From assembly GCF_021028975.2 (NCBI RefSeq), contig NC_059439.1, forward strand, positions 23,684,001 to 23,748,000: a DNA stretch of 64,000 bases. Reading direction: 5' to 3'. Of the stretch, positions 48,368 through 60,746 are shown piece after piece. The position numbers and the translations under genes are program-made. Under the pieces are notes generated by a model. The model worked only from the letters and a program-made list of their open reading frames with translations, was not told the origin of the DNA and searched no databases. Source of the DNA: Sphaerodactylus townsendi (taxonomy: Eukaryota). Position 1 is the first letter of the stretch, and every line of letters begins with the position of its first letter.

Positions 48368-48660
48368 GGAGGAGGAGGAGTTTGGATTTATATCCCCCTT
48401 TCTCTCCTGTAGGAGTCTCAAAGGAGCTTACAATCTCCTTGCCCTTCCCCCCTCACAACAAACACCCTGTGAGGTAGGTGGGGCTGAGAGAGCTCCGAGA
48501 AGCTGTGACTAGCCCAAGGTAACCCAGCTGGCGTGTGTGGGAATGTTCAGGCTAATCTGAATTCCCCAGACAAGCCTCCACAGCTCAGGCGGCAGAGGAG
48601 AGAATCAAACCCGGTTCCTCCAGATTAGATACACAAGCTCTTAACCTCCTACGCCACTGC
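48368..48660 (-). mobile_element. tRNA-derived SINE nested in an older SINE relic
   Basis: Reverse complement of the 38420 family; empty site at ~58315. Confidence 0.75.
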
Positions 48661-50078
48661 TGGGGAATAGAGCCTCATTCTCCACATAAGATTCCACCAC
48701 TCGTAATTACTACACCCCACTGGCCCTTGATGAAAGTTATATTTAATGTATTCCCATTTGTGTTTATGCTTGCACTCCTGGCTAGGAAACCCTAATCTAA
48801 TTGGTACTTGTTTGTTTGTTTTCTTGCCCATCCTCCAAGGAGGTCAAAATGATAGCAACCTTGACAGATCACAGAAATACGGGATGATAAAACATCAGGA
48901 TGTTTTAAGAAATGATATTGTGATAACTTGTATATTTCTTAATAATCAGAGATGACCCCAAAGGTTAAATTTCTTGGCTTAGGCTCCAGCCCTTTTGAAG
49001 AAAAATTCAAAGGTTGGTTCTTAAAAGTCATTTGTACCGCTGTGAACTATTGTTGTATATTATTATTCTACTAAGGAGAAGAGCATCTCTTAAAGTCACA
49101 GAAGCCTTATTTGAAGAAGCTGTCAGTTATCCAAATAAGGCATTTCACAACATGAGCATCAAAAATATCCAAAGATTAAATATGTACAACTTGAAGCACA
49201 AGAGGAAATATGATTCCCCTTAGCCTCCCTAATTGATCCTGATCCATGCGGCCCGGTTTTTTTCCCTGGTTAGGTTTACCATTATGTAGGTACTTCTCCA
49301 ATGATTAATGGTATTGATAGAGGAATTAACAGTTTAGTCACATTGATTTGAGATTGTTTATCAATCAACTAAGCAATGAAATCACCAGAAGAGATAATGC
49401 TTTCTGTGTATAAGAAGAAGGAATGCTTTTCTTATGATGGCCCTTGCTAACTGCCGTTTTCATAATTACCAGAAATTTAAAAGATGGGTTGGATCCAAAG
49501 CAACACAAGAGGACCTCCCTCCCTTCCTTTGTAGACAACAGGTCCGCCCCCTGGTGTCCCCCCCCCAAATGATGGTAATGTATCTGTGGTATGCTCACTT
49601 CAGAAGTTCCCAGAGGTGATCACCCAGGAGCATAAACCATGTTAATTGCATTTGGTGAACAGACAGGACTCAGAATCGAGATCACTCCTTCCTGCATGAA
49701 TGTGACTCCGAAACCATTAGTGCTGCGGATGAATCAGTAACAGAAGGGGCTGACTATGTAAACATTAGAGATGCCAGTAAGTTCAGATTTATTTTACTTG
49801 AAAACTTCTGTTGGTATTCTGAAAGAGAAAACTAAGAGAATTTCTAGAAGTTCTTACTAATGCTGAGCCATTTTAGAATTGGATTATTTGGCAAGATTGT
49901 TGCATTTTAACAACAATTCTTGAATGCCATAGTTCCAAGTATGCAAACTGCATTAGATTCAGTTTGAGAGTTTTAACTAACTAGCAAGAAAGATGGTTGG
50001 ACACAGCCCTATGTTTAACTATACAATTATTGTCTCTTTAATTCTTAATTTTGTGTGTATTTGCTATTATTTTCCAGG

Positions 50079-51029
50079 ATGTTGACTAAGAAAGAACATA
50101 TTCCACAGAATAGCACAGTACTGTTTGAATTCATCCTTCTGGGTCTTTCTGATGAGCCCAACATACAAAGCATATTATTTTCCATTTTTCTAGTGATCTA
50201 TATCATCATTCTGGCAGGAAATCTCCTCATCATTCTCCTCACATTGCTGGATCCAGCCCTTCACACACCCATGTATTTCTTCCTAAGAAACCTGTCCTTC
50301 TTGGAGATCTGTTACACATCAGTCAATGTCCCAAAGATGCTTGAGAATCTTATGTCTGGGAACAAGTCCATCTCTTTTCTAGGATGTGCTGCACAGACTT
50401 ATTTTACATTTTTTCTTGGTGGTTCAGAATCTTTCCTCTTGGCTACAATGGCCTACGATCGCTATGTTGCCATATGTAAGCCCCTTCACTACCATGACCT
50501 CATGAACGACAAAGTGTGCACGGGTCTAGTTATGGCATCTTGGTTCAGTGGCTTTTTGTCCTTTGGTCTCACCAGTATGGTGTTTACCTTGTCCTTTTGT
50601 GGGTCCAATGAGATTAACCACTTCATTTGTGACATCCCCCCCTTACTGAAGTTGGCTTGTGGGGACACTTCCTGGACTGAAACAGCTGTGTTTGTATTAG
50701 CGATTATATTTGTAACTTTTCCATTTGTCTTGATCTTAATGTCTTATGCTGGTATCATTGCCACCATTCTGGGAATTTCTTCCTCTGAGGGCCGAAAAAA
50801 GACTTTCTCCACCTGCTCATCACACCTCATTGTGGTTACTTTGTTCTATGGGTCAGCTTGTATTACCTACTTGAAGCCCAGTTCCACTTATTCACCTAAT
50901 ACTGACAAATATCTCTCTCTCCTCTACACAGTTGTTGTTCCTGTACTGAATCCTATCATATACAGCTTTCGGAATAAAGATTTTAAAAGTGCCCTTAAGA
51001 AAATTTGGGGGAGAAAAGCTTTTGGATGA
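50079..51029 (+). CDS. Olfactory receptor (OR10-like, type B), intact, 316 aa
   Basis: OR motifs; ATG after ttttccag|g; one-codon TM4 deletion shared with the 63202 gene. Confidence 0.96.
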   Translation: MLTKKEHIPQNSTVLFEFILLGLSDEPNIQSILFSIFLVIYIIILAGNLLIILLTLLDPALHTPMYFFLRNLSFLEICYTSVNVPKMLENLMSGNKSISFLGCAAQTYFTFFLGGSESFLLATMAYDRYVAICKPLHYHDLMNDKVCTGLVMASWFSGFLSFGLTSMVFTLSFCGSNEINHFICDIPPLLKLACGDTSWTETAVFVLAIIFVTFPFVLILMSYAGIIATILGISSSEGRKKTFSTCSSHLIVVTLFYGSACITYLKPSSTYSPNTDKYLSLLYTVVVPVLNPIIYSFRNKDFKSALKKIWGRKAFG

Positions 51030-51212
51030 CCAAAGAGCACAGCATTGTTAATGGATATATGGTGTAATATCCAGAATGCGTAGGGCAACATTTGTGCCTG
51101 CTTATCACAAATTTATTTCACCAAAGGAGCTGGAACAATTATTTTTCTTCCAGCCAGCCTAATTTATATTCTTTATCACTCTGAAAATCACGAATATCTA
51201 GAAGAGAGCAAT

Positions 51213-51455
51213 CCAAGTATGCGAATCTTACTCCTTTACATTTACCCCATCTCCCCGATTTAATGAGATTACACTACTTGTTGGACAATCCTGATCCTTC
51301 TCTCTGTATGATAGTGGCAGACTTTCTCCTGGAAATTACTAAACACCAGTAGATTTCCTGCGACCTAACATTTATTTCCTGTATTGTATATGCTTTTTAA
51401 TCCGTTTTTATTATTGTTGTACTGTTGTCTATGCCAATAAAGGCTTGCTTGCTGC
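51213..51455 (+). mobile_element. RTE-X-like LINE 3' stub with (gctt)n tail
   Basis: 12-bp TSD gaagagagcaat. Confidence 0.85.
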
Positions 51456-51764
51456 GAAGAGAGCAATGTGATTTGCAGAAATATGCTAGGTCAGGTTTTC
51501 AGTGTTCAGAATTTGTGTCCTGGGCTGTATTCCCAGTCAACTTTCTTTGCAGCACTTTTTGATAATATTATGGCAATGTACATACTCTAGCACACTGTTA
51601 CCTGGGTTTTTATTGCTAATCTAATCAAGAGATTAATTACACATGCATTTGTTGAATTTAGGTACACAAGCATTTCCTGATTTAAAGTGACACCCAAGCG
51701 GTGTTTTGCAGGAGAAAAGGGGAGGAGTCATCCCGCTTCACCACTCACAAAGTATATGGTGGGG

Positions 51765-52052
51765 AGCAGAAGTGGCATAGTGGGTAAGACCAGGTGCACT
51801 CTAATCTGGTGAACCGGGTTTGATTTCCCACTCTGCCGCTTGAGCTGTGGAGGCTTATCGGGGAACTATATTAAACTGTGCACTCCAAAACACTCTAGCT
51901 GGGTGATGTTGGGCTAGTGACAGCTCTTCGGAGCTCTGTCAGCCCCATCTACTTCACAGGGTGGGGGAGGAAAGGGAAAGGAGATTGTAAGCCCTTTGAG
52001 TCTTCTTACAGGAGAGATAGGGTGGGTGTATAAATCAAAACTCTTGTTCTTC
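51765..52052 (+). mobile_element. tRNA-derived SINE
   Basis: agtggcatagtgg A box and ggtttgattt B-box-like head; empty site at ~57615. Confidence 0.78.
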
Positions 52053-52837
52053 TTATGTATTCTGTAAACACAAATGTCATATGTGATGGGGAACACTGGA
52101 TGAGATATCGTGGGAAAACCATCAAATGATGCAACAGGTTTCCAGATTTTGCTCTCACGTCTGCAAGTATCGAAAACCCGTATGAAGTAACAACGATTGG
52201 ATTCAGATATTTTTGAATTTTGGTTTTTATGGCTGGAATGTTTAAATTCTTTTAGCTAAAGTGTGTAGATTTATGTCGAGTAGCTGATCTGTATGAACAT
52301 ATATTCCTATGCACGTAACTACTGCTCAAACACTGTTATGAAACATATTTGGATTTGGAAAGGGGTCCTGTTTTGTATTCAGAATCTTTTTGAGCAGTGA
52401 GCATCCAAATAACTGATCCAATCATGATTCATATGTCTATATCAGCATACACCAAATGAAACATTTGCACCAGTTGCAGAGGGAGCACCTACCGACATAC
52501 ATACATTTGTGCTAACAGCCTCATTTTCAACCAATATGTTCCCCAGTCCTAAGAACAAGTGCCAAAACTTGAGAACCATCACATTTGCATGAGATTGAAC
52601 AGAGGACTTCATTCCACCCAGATAAAAGCCCCAGTTAATGTCTTTCCCAACTTCTCCAATGTTTTATTTAACTCGAAGGAAGGGAGTTATAGAATCTAGG
52701 AAGTAGTTTGTTATTGCCTGTCTCTACATGGTCTGAGAGTTCTGAGAAAACTGTGACTGGCCCAAGGCCACCCAGCAGGCTTCAGGTGCAGTTATGAGTT
52801 TTAAAAAATGTGTTCATCACTAGAAGTGATGTCAGTT

Positions 52838-53650
52838 TTTAACAGAGTTTGTGGCCTAATACCATCCGCAGTGACAAGAAGGTGTCACTTCTAATGTGTG
52901 TGGCTTTGCTGTGAGCCTCGGCCTTCCCTTGCTGCCAATAAGTCCCCCCCACCAACCTGCTGAGCAATAGTGGGGGGTAAGGTCTGGTAGGGGGGATTTC
53001 CAAGCCCAGTGGACACTTGGCAGTTCCAGGCAGTAGGCCTGTGCATACCTGAGATAACACCCATGCATACAAATTAAGAACTGTTCCTTCTACCAAAGGT
53101 GGTAGAAACCCATTAAAATCTACCAAAAAAGCTAGGCAAATGCAAGTCATTCTACTTGATTATCTATTAATATGCAGGATGCTTTGCTACAGCCTAACAA
53201 CTGAAGGAGAATGGTGGAAAGTGTGAAAATAAAATTACATAAAGGAGAACAATCTGAATGTGGACCAGGGCACATGATTTCACAAGCCTAATGGTGTGGT
53301 CAAGCAAAATATAGAGCATTAACCATATGCCTGATTCAGTGGCATCAATGATGGAAGAACTTTTAGAAAACGAGAGGCAGTTAATAAGCCTGAATTCACC
53401 TGGTGCCTTGTTGGAGACCTCTCCAAGGGGAGAGACCATCAAGTTAAACAGTGGAGGAGTATCAAATAGGAGAGTGATCCTCCCCTCAAAGAATTCCTTT
53501 AAATTTTTGACATTACTGTCTGAGGGGGGTCTCTGGCTGACCAAAGGTTTTTGCAGTCACTGGAGACCCTCTAGGAACCCCCCTCTCCTGGGTCAGACAG
53601 AATGTGGCCTGCCTCTTTCAAGAAAGACCCCAATAGTGGGAGCAATGCTG
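52838..53650 (-). mobile_element. DIRS/Ngaro-type tyrosine-recombinase retrotransposon relic (RT N-terminal region)
   Basis: ORF 53194-53544 has VSPLG.V..KAPGEFRLI..LS....SI.D, as in DIRS/Ngaro RTs. Confidence 0.7.
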
Positions 53651-54414
53651 AAAACTTGACAGGGGTCTTGGCCAGGTCTGTCATCAGCAGGATGGAGCAG
53701 AGGTTACTTGGATGAGGAGGCTGAGTACCAGGACTGCCCAACCCACCTGCAATCCTTTGGCCTGCACTGGAAGTGAGGCATGGGCTGAAAAAGAGCTGCT
53801 GCCCACCACTCCCTTTGCTGCATTCTGACCTGGGGTGAGGGCCAAAGCAAATTTTGCAAAGATGGCCAAATCTGTATTTGAGGTGCCGACACAGAATCTA
53901 GAGGGATAATCCACCAATTAAGCAATGGAATCACCAGAAGAAACAATACTTCCTGTGTATAAGAATAAGCAATGGTACTCATATGGTGCCAATTGCCACC
54001 TACGGTTTTTATCATATTCAAAAGGGTGTTTTTGGAAATGTGTTGGATCCAAAGTACCCTCCCTCCCTTCCTCTGTAGGCCACAGTATCTCCCCCCCCCC
54101 CACCCCCAATAACACTTTGTGGAAAATGATGGTAAAGTATCTGTTCACTCAGCCAGTTCAACTTTGTGATAAGCTTACTGCAGAAGTTCCCAGAGGAGAT
54201 TGCCCAGGAGCATAAACCATGTCAATTGTGCCCGGTGAACAGACAGGACTCAGAACCAAGATCACTCCATACTACATGAAGGTGACTAAGAAACCATCAG
54301 TGCTGCTTATGAACCAGTTACAAAGGGGGCTGAGTAAATATTAGAAACTCCAGTAAGTACAAATTTATTTTATTTGAAACCTCCGTTAGCATTCTGAAGG
54401 AGCTTCTGTGTGTA

Positions 54415-54578
54415 GTAAAGTGCTATCAAGTTGAAGCCGACTTATGGCAACTCCAGCAAAGGACTTTCAAGGCAAGTGGTTTGCCATTGCCTTCCTCTGC
54501 AGACTCATCCTTGAAAGTTGCACTTTCAAGTAACAATCTTGCTTAGCTTGCAAGGTCTGACAGGACTGGGCTGAACCA
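54415..54578 (-). mobile_element. 5S-derived SINE relic with RTE-like tail
   Basis: Reverse complement contains tcagaccttgcaagctaagcaag and gcagaggaaggcaatggcaaaccac. Confidence 0.6.
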
Positions 54579-54612
54579 TGCTCCCTTCCCTCCTTCGAAA
54601 AAAATAGACAAA

Positions 54613-54763
54613 GGTCCCTTCCGCACATGCAGAATAATGCACTTTCAATCCACTTTCAATGCACTTTGCAGCTGGATTTTACTGTGCGGAATAGCCAAAT
54701 CCACTTGCAAACAACTGTGGAAGTGGATTGAAAGTGCATTATTCTGCATGTGCGGAAGGGGCC
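54613..54763. mobile_element. 151-bp Harbinger-type MITE
   Basis: TIRs; absent at ~44100 and ~44440. Confidence 0.85.
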
Positions 54764-55469
54764 CTAGTGAATTTTCAGAAATTATTACTAACAGTAACAA
54801 ACAGTACGGTTCTAAGGAGCGTTACTTCAGTCCAAGCTCATTCATTTCAATGGGGATAGAGTGGAGCAACTCGGCATAGGATTGCCCTGTAAGCCATTTT
54901 TAGAGCAGGTTTAGAGTTGTTGTCTTTTAAGGACCATACTTGAATACCAAAGTCCCACATTTGAAAGTTGCATCAGATTCAGTTTAGGAGTTTTAAGCAG
55001 TCTCAATATCTACCCTAGGATTCACTAGAACTTATTAACATACTGATCCAACATTTAGCATTTGTGTATTGCTTCAGGGTAGATGTAAAAATTCTCATGT
55101 ACCAGAAAAGAGTCCATGTATCGGAAGAGAGTTCAACATAAAATTTCAGACCTCAGGTCAGTTGTACCAAATTTCTATTGGTTTGAACAAGAAAGATTCA
55201 GAAAACTATCTACAAAGCAGATGTAAGCACTAGAGTCTAGTCCAGTAGGTATGTGTGCACATACGGACAGACAGGTACCCCCATCCATCTCAATAGAGGC
55301 TATAGGTCTGCATATATTTGCCCATTCACCACTTTTGCATTTAGGCATAGTTCTCCTATGTTTCTCATCCAGAATTCCTGAAGTGCAAAACTTGCTTAGC
55401 TTCCAAAGTAGAACTGCATCTTAGCCCTCCAGAACATGGTTTGTGCCTGGAATCTAAACAGCGTAAATT

Positions 55470-55565
55470 GATTAGGGTGTTGTGGGTTTTCTGGGTTATA
55501 TGGCCGTGTTCCAGAGGCCTTATCTCCTGTCATTTCATGTGCATCTGTGGCTGGCATCTTAAGAA
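55470..55565 (-). mobile_element. Penelope-like terminal relic with a broken hammerhead core
   Basis: Minus strand cttaaga-tgccagccacagatgcacat-gaaa-tgacagg. Confidence 0.5.
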
Positions 55566-55772
55566 TCTATTGATTGTCTTGAAAATTTGGAGCCATCTAA
55601 CATTTTCACTTGAACTCCTTAGTAGATCCCCAATAGAGCGTTCTCTCTACCAAATCCCCCAATCTTACATGTGAAAGGGTTCCTTCCGCATACTAGTTGT
55701 ATTTTCAACACTTTGATTTATATGTATTTTTTTCCAGGATTATTTCCATATATTTTTATTTTATTTTCCAGG

Positions 55773-56726
55773 ATGTCGACTAAGAAAGAAAATATTCCAC
55801 AGAATAGTACAGCACCAATTGAATTCATCCTCCTGGGTCTTTCTGATGAGCCCAACTTGCAAAGTATATTGTTTTCTATTTTTCTAATGATCTATATCAT
55901 CATTCTGGCAGGAAATCTTCTCATCATTCTCCTCACATTGCTGGATCCTGCCCTACACACACCCATGTATTTCTTCCTAAGAAACCTGTCCTTCTTGGAG
56001 ATCTGTTATGCATCAGTCAATATACCCAAGATGCTTGAGGATCTTCTGTTTGGAAATAAGTCCATCTCTTTCCTAGGATGTGCTATACAGACCTATTTTA
56101 CATTCCTTCTTGGCGGCTCAGAGTGTTTCCTTTTGGCCTCAATGGCCTACGATCGCTATGTCGCCATTTGTAAGCCTCTTCATTACCATGTGCTCATGAA
56201 CAGGAAGGTATGCTTGGGTCTAGCAGTGGGTCCTTGGTTAAGTGGCCTTTTAACGGCATTTGGTCATACTAGTAATGTGTTTACCATGTCCTTTTGTGGC
56301 TCCCATGAAATCAACCATTTCTTTTGTGACATCCCCCCATTAATAAAATTGGCATGTGGGGACACATCCAGGGTCAAAATCGCTGTATTAGTGATGGCTA
56401 CGATTTTTGGGATTCTTCCTTTTCTCCTGATCTTAATGTCTTATACTGGTATCATAATCACTATTCTAGGGATTTCTTCTGCTGAGGGCCGGAAAAAGAC
56501 TTTCTCCACCTGCTCGTCGCACCTCACTGTGGTGACTTTATTCTATAGTTCAGCTTGTATTACTTACTTGAAGCCCAATTCCACTTACTCACCCCAAACT
56601 GACAAATATCTGTCTCTCCTCTACACAGTTGTTGGTCCTGTACTGAATCCTATTATATACAGCTTTCGGAATAAAGATTTTAAAAATGCCCTTAAGAAAA
56701 TCTGGGAGAGAAAAGCTTTTGGATGA
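55773..56726 (+). CDS. Olfactory receptor (OR10-like, type A), intact, 317 aa
   Basis: Close paralog of 45243-46196; all OR motifs present. Confidence 0.97.
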   Translation: MSTKKENIPQNSTAPIEFILLGLSDEPNLQSILFSIFLMIYIIILAGNLLIILLTLLDPALHTPMYFFLRNLSFLEICYASVNIPKMLEDLLFGNKSISFLGCAIQTYFTFLLGGSECFLLASMAYDRYVAICKPLHYHVLMNRKVCLGLAVGPWLSGLLTAFGHTSNVFTMSFCGSHEINHFFCDIPPLIKLACGDTSRVKIAVLVMATIFGILPFLLILMSYTGIIITILGISSAEGRKKTFSTCSSHLTVVTLFYSSACITYLKPNSTYSPQTDKYLSLLYTVVGPVLNPIIYSFRNKDFKNALKKIWERKAFG

Positions 56727-57090
56727 GAAAACAGCATGGTAATATGGTGTAATATCCAGAATGAGTAGGGCAACATTTGTTCCTGCTTATCACTAATGGA
56801 CAAATCTATTTCACCAAAGGGGCTCGATGAAATGTCTTTTTCTAGCCAGCCTAATTTATATTCTTTATCACTCTGAAACATAAAGAATGTCTTAAAAAGA
56901 ACAAACTGGTTTGCAGGAATATGCCAGGTCAGGTTTTGTGCGTTAGAATTTGCATTCTGGGTTGTGTTTCCTAGACAACTTTCTTTGTTGCACTTTTTGA
57001 TAATACTATGGCAATGTACATGCTGTAGCATACTGTTATCTGGGTTTTATTCCTGGTCTGAACAAGTGTTTAATGTACGTAAGCATTTGC

Positions 57091-57165
57091 TGTTGGTCCT
57101 GCTTTCGGAATAAAGATTTTAAAAATGCCCTCAAGGAAATCTGGAACAGAAAAGCTTTTGGATGA
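57091..57165 (+). pseudogene. OR C-terminal fragment (FRNKDFKNALKEIWNRKAFG*) with a duplicated 3' flank to ~57530
   Basis: Matches 56630-57090 with an internal ~21-bp deletion. Confidence 0.85.
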
Positions 57166-58642
57166 GAAAACAGCATGGTAATATGGTGTAATATCCAGAA
57201 TGAGCAAGGCAACGTTTGTTCCTGCTTGTCACTAATAGACAAATCTATTTCACCAAAGGAGCTGGAGCTATTAACTTTTTTTCTAGACAGCCTAATTTAT
57301 ATCTTTTATTACTCTGAAACATAAATAACGTCTAGAACATTACAAACTGATTAACAGGAATGTGCTAGGTCAGGTTTTGTGTGTACAGAATTTGTGTACT
57401 GGGCTGTATTTCCCAGGCAACTTTCTGTGCAGAACTTTTGATAATGCCATGGCAATGTACAGGCTGTAGCACACTGTTATCTGGGTTTTATTCCTGGTCT
57501 AAACAAGAGTTTAATGTACCCAAGCATTTGCTGAATTAAAGTGAGATCCAAGCACCTTTTTGCAGGGGAAAAAGGAAGGAGTCGTCCCCCTTAACCACTC
57601 ACACAGGATATGGTGGGGCTTATGTATTCTGTATAGACAAATGTCATATGTGATGGGGAACACTGGATGAGATTAAGTTGTAAAACCATCAAATGATGCA
57701 ACAGGTTTCCAGATTTTGCTCTCGGGTCTGCAAGTTTGATACGAAGTAACAAATGTTGGATTCAGAAATTTTTGAATTTTACTTTTTATGGTTAGAATTT
57801 TTAAATTCTTTTAGCTAGATTGTGTAGATTTATGTTTGAGTAGCTGATCTGAACGGACATGCATTTCAACACACGAAACTACTGGTCAAACACTATAATA
57901 AAACCTATTTGGATTTGAACAGGTGTCCTGTTTTTATTCAGAATCCTTTTGAGCTATGAGCATCCAGATAACTCATTATTCATATTTCTATATCAGCACT
58001 TCTTGCAGAGGGGGCACTTATACATACATACATTTGTGCTAACTACCCCCATTTTCCACCAGCATTTTCGCCAACCCTAAGATCAAGTGCCAAAGCTTGA
58101 AAATCATCACAGTTGCATGAGATTGAGCAGAGGACTTCATTCCACTCAGATAAAAGCCCCAGTTAATGTCTTCTCCAACTTGCCCCTTTTGTTTCACTTG
58201 GAAGAAGGGAGTTATAGAATCTAGGAAGTAGTTTGTAATTGTCTGGCCGCTGCATGGTCTGAGAGTTCCGAAACAATGGTGACTGACCCAAAACCACCCA
58301 ATAGGCTTCAGGTGGAGAAGTGGGGAATCAAACTTGGTTCTCCAGATAAGGTACTACCACTCATAACCACTACACCCCACGAGCCCTTGTAGTAAATTAT
58401 ATTCATTGTATCCTCATTTATGTCTCTGCTCACACAAGATTTTGTGAAACCAGTTTCATGGCATTATAGCGTAAAGAGAGGAAATGGTTGATTATTGCAA
58501 GATCTTGTCCAAGTGCAATTGAACTAATGCTGTTTATGTTTTCTCTTGGAAATCACTGGAGCCAACCTCCTGTGATATCTTGGCTTTGCAAACAAGTTTG
58601 TTAGATCTAACAAAGTCATATTGGAAGCCCTTTCCTGCAGAC

Positions 58643-59817
58643 CAGAGGTGTACCTAGGCAAACTGGAGCCCTGGGCAAAACCTGAGTTTGATACCCCCCC
58701 CCCCCCCGCCATGGGTGACCACCCTTCCCCACCATGACCAAACAATGATTTTTTTCCACCAGGTTGTTTCAAAGTCACCATACATTATAGAACATCCCCC
58801 AACTCACAAATCTGAACACAGCAATGAGCCATGCCAAACAGCAGAAATAATTTTTGGAAAATATTTTCAAAATGTTTTATTACTGCTATGAAAACATGTT
58901 ATGGTGTTGTATCCAGTCCCCCCAATTGGGGGACAGCATCACTTTCAATGTTATTTAAACTGGGAACCCCAGATTCTCCTTTTAAAAGGAGAATCTGGGC
59001 TCCCTAGTTTAAACAAGTGATGCTGGAATCCACCCCCAAACAGCATTATTTTCAATGATGTTTAAACGAGGGAGCCCAGATTCTCCTTTTAAATCCACCT
59101 TAAAGGGAGAATCTGGGGTCCCCAGTTTAAACAACATTGAACGTGATGCTATTTTGGGGTGGATTCTCCCCCACCCTGAAACAGCATCCCTTTCAATGTG
59201 AAAACTGGGGACCTCAGATTCTCTCTTTAAATCCATGCCAAAGGGGGTGGATTTAATAACAACAACAACAACAACCTTTATTAGTAATTGAGAGTATAAA
59301 AGAAAGAATGAAAACAAGCATTGGCAAGAAGGGAGTGGATTTAAAAAGAGAATCTGGGGAAATTTAGGGGTGCCTGTTGTCAGGGGTGCAATTATTAAGA
59401 TATCAGCACCAAAAATTTCAGAGTGTCTTCCTGAAACCCTACTGATGAAACCACACAGGTTTGGTGAAGTTTGGCTCAGGGGGTCAAAAGTTATGGACCC
59501 TCAAATGTGTACCCCCCATCTCCTATTAGCTCCCATTGGAAACAATGGGGGATGGGGGCACTCCCTTTGGGAGTCCATAACTTTGGACTCCCTAAACTAA
59601 ACCTCACCAAACCCAGGTCATATCATCAGGAGAATCTCCCAAAAAATCCCAGAATTTTTGGTGCTGCTAGCCTAAAAATTGTGCCCCCTGCAGGCCAAAA
59701 ACAGAAAAAACACTGAAAATACAAAATCCCCCACAAACGAACCTGCATTTTTGTCGCCCACCAGAAGGTGGCGCCCTGGGCAGCTGCCCACTTTGCCCAA
59801 TGGGAAGAACGCCTCTG
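58643..59817. mobile_element. Non-autonomous hAT element (1175 bp)
   Basis: 8-bp TSD ctgcagac; TIR cagaggYgt; internal palindromic repeats ccagattctcc..ggagaatctgg. Confidence 0.88.
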
Positions 59818-60453
59818 CTGCAGACCCTCCTTGTCCCCACTTCACCCAAGGTAAGTTATGTTGATAAAAGGAGGTAAATGGCATCAAGGATTTGTTGCAG
59901 CATGGTGAGGTTGGTTTGACTTGGCCTGGAGGAAGCTCGAAGAAAGGTGAGACATCTGAACTGGATATATTCAATGTCAACCCTTTTTCCTCACTTGCAG
60001 TCTTCACCACCATCACTAAATAGGTATATGTAAGCCCAGATGGTCATGGCTTCTTAAGGACCTTAGCGTGCATTACATTATTGAGATCTTCCTCTGAAAT
60101 GGTTTCTTGGTACTAGTATTGAGAATTTTGCCCTGATTGTGGAGGTTAATTTTAGTCACCATGCTCATAATCTCCGAATGATTTATCCTCAATAACTTAG
60201 TTTGACATTTCATAATATAAGCAGGGGGAAATTCAAAGGTTGGTTTTTAAAGTCATTCGTACCTCTATAAACTACTGCTGGGCCTGATGATTCTACAAAG
60301 GAGAAGAGCATCTCTTAAAGACACAGAAGCCTTATTCGGAGAAGCGGTCAGTCATCCAAATAAGGCATTTCATGGCATCAGTATCAAAAACATTCAAAGT
60401 TTAAAAAAAATATACAACTTGAAGCACAAGAGGAAATTCGATTGTCTCCCTAA

Positions 60454-60746
60454 GGCCCCTTCCACACATGCAGAATAATGCACTTTCAATACACTTTCAA
60501 TGCCCTTTGAAGCTTTGGGTCATTCCGCACATGCAGAATAATGCACTTTCAAACTGCTTTCAGTGCTCTTTGAAGCTGTGCGGAATGGCAAAATCCACTT
60601 GCAAACAGTTGTGAAAGTGGTTTGAAAACGCATTATTTTGTGTGTGCGGAAGGGGCCAGTTTTACTGTGCAGAATAGCAAAATCCACTTTCAAACAATAG
60701 TGAAAGTGGGTTGAATGTGCATTATTCTGCAGGTGTGGAAGGGACC
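60454..60746. mobile_element. MITE (TSD TAA) containing a nested 141-bp MITE (60517-60657)
   Basis: Two nested TIR pairs; empty site at ~49228. Confidence 0.88.

Noticed and set aside
51765-51840. tRNA gene
   Set aside because: The tRNA-like head continues into a SINE body found at several sites.
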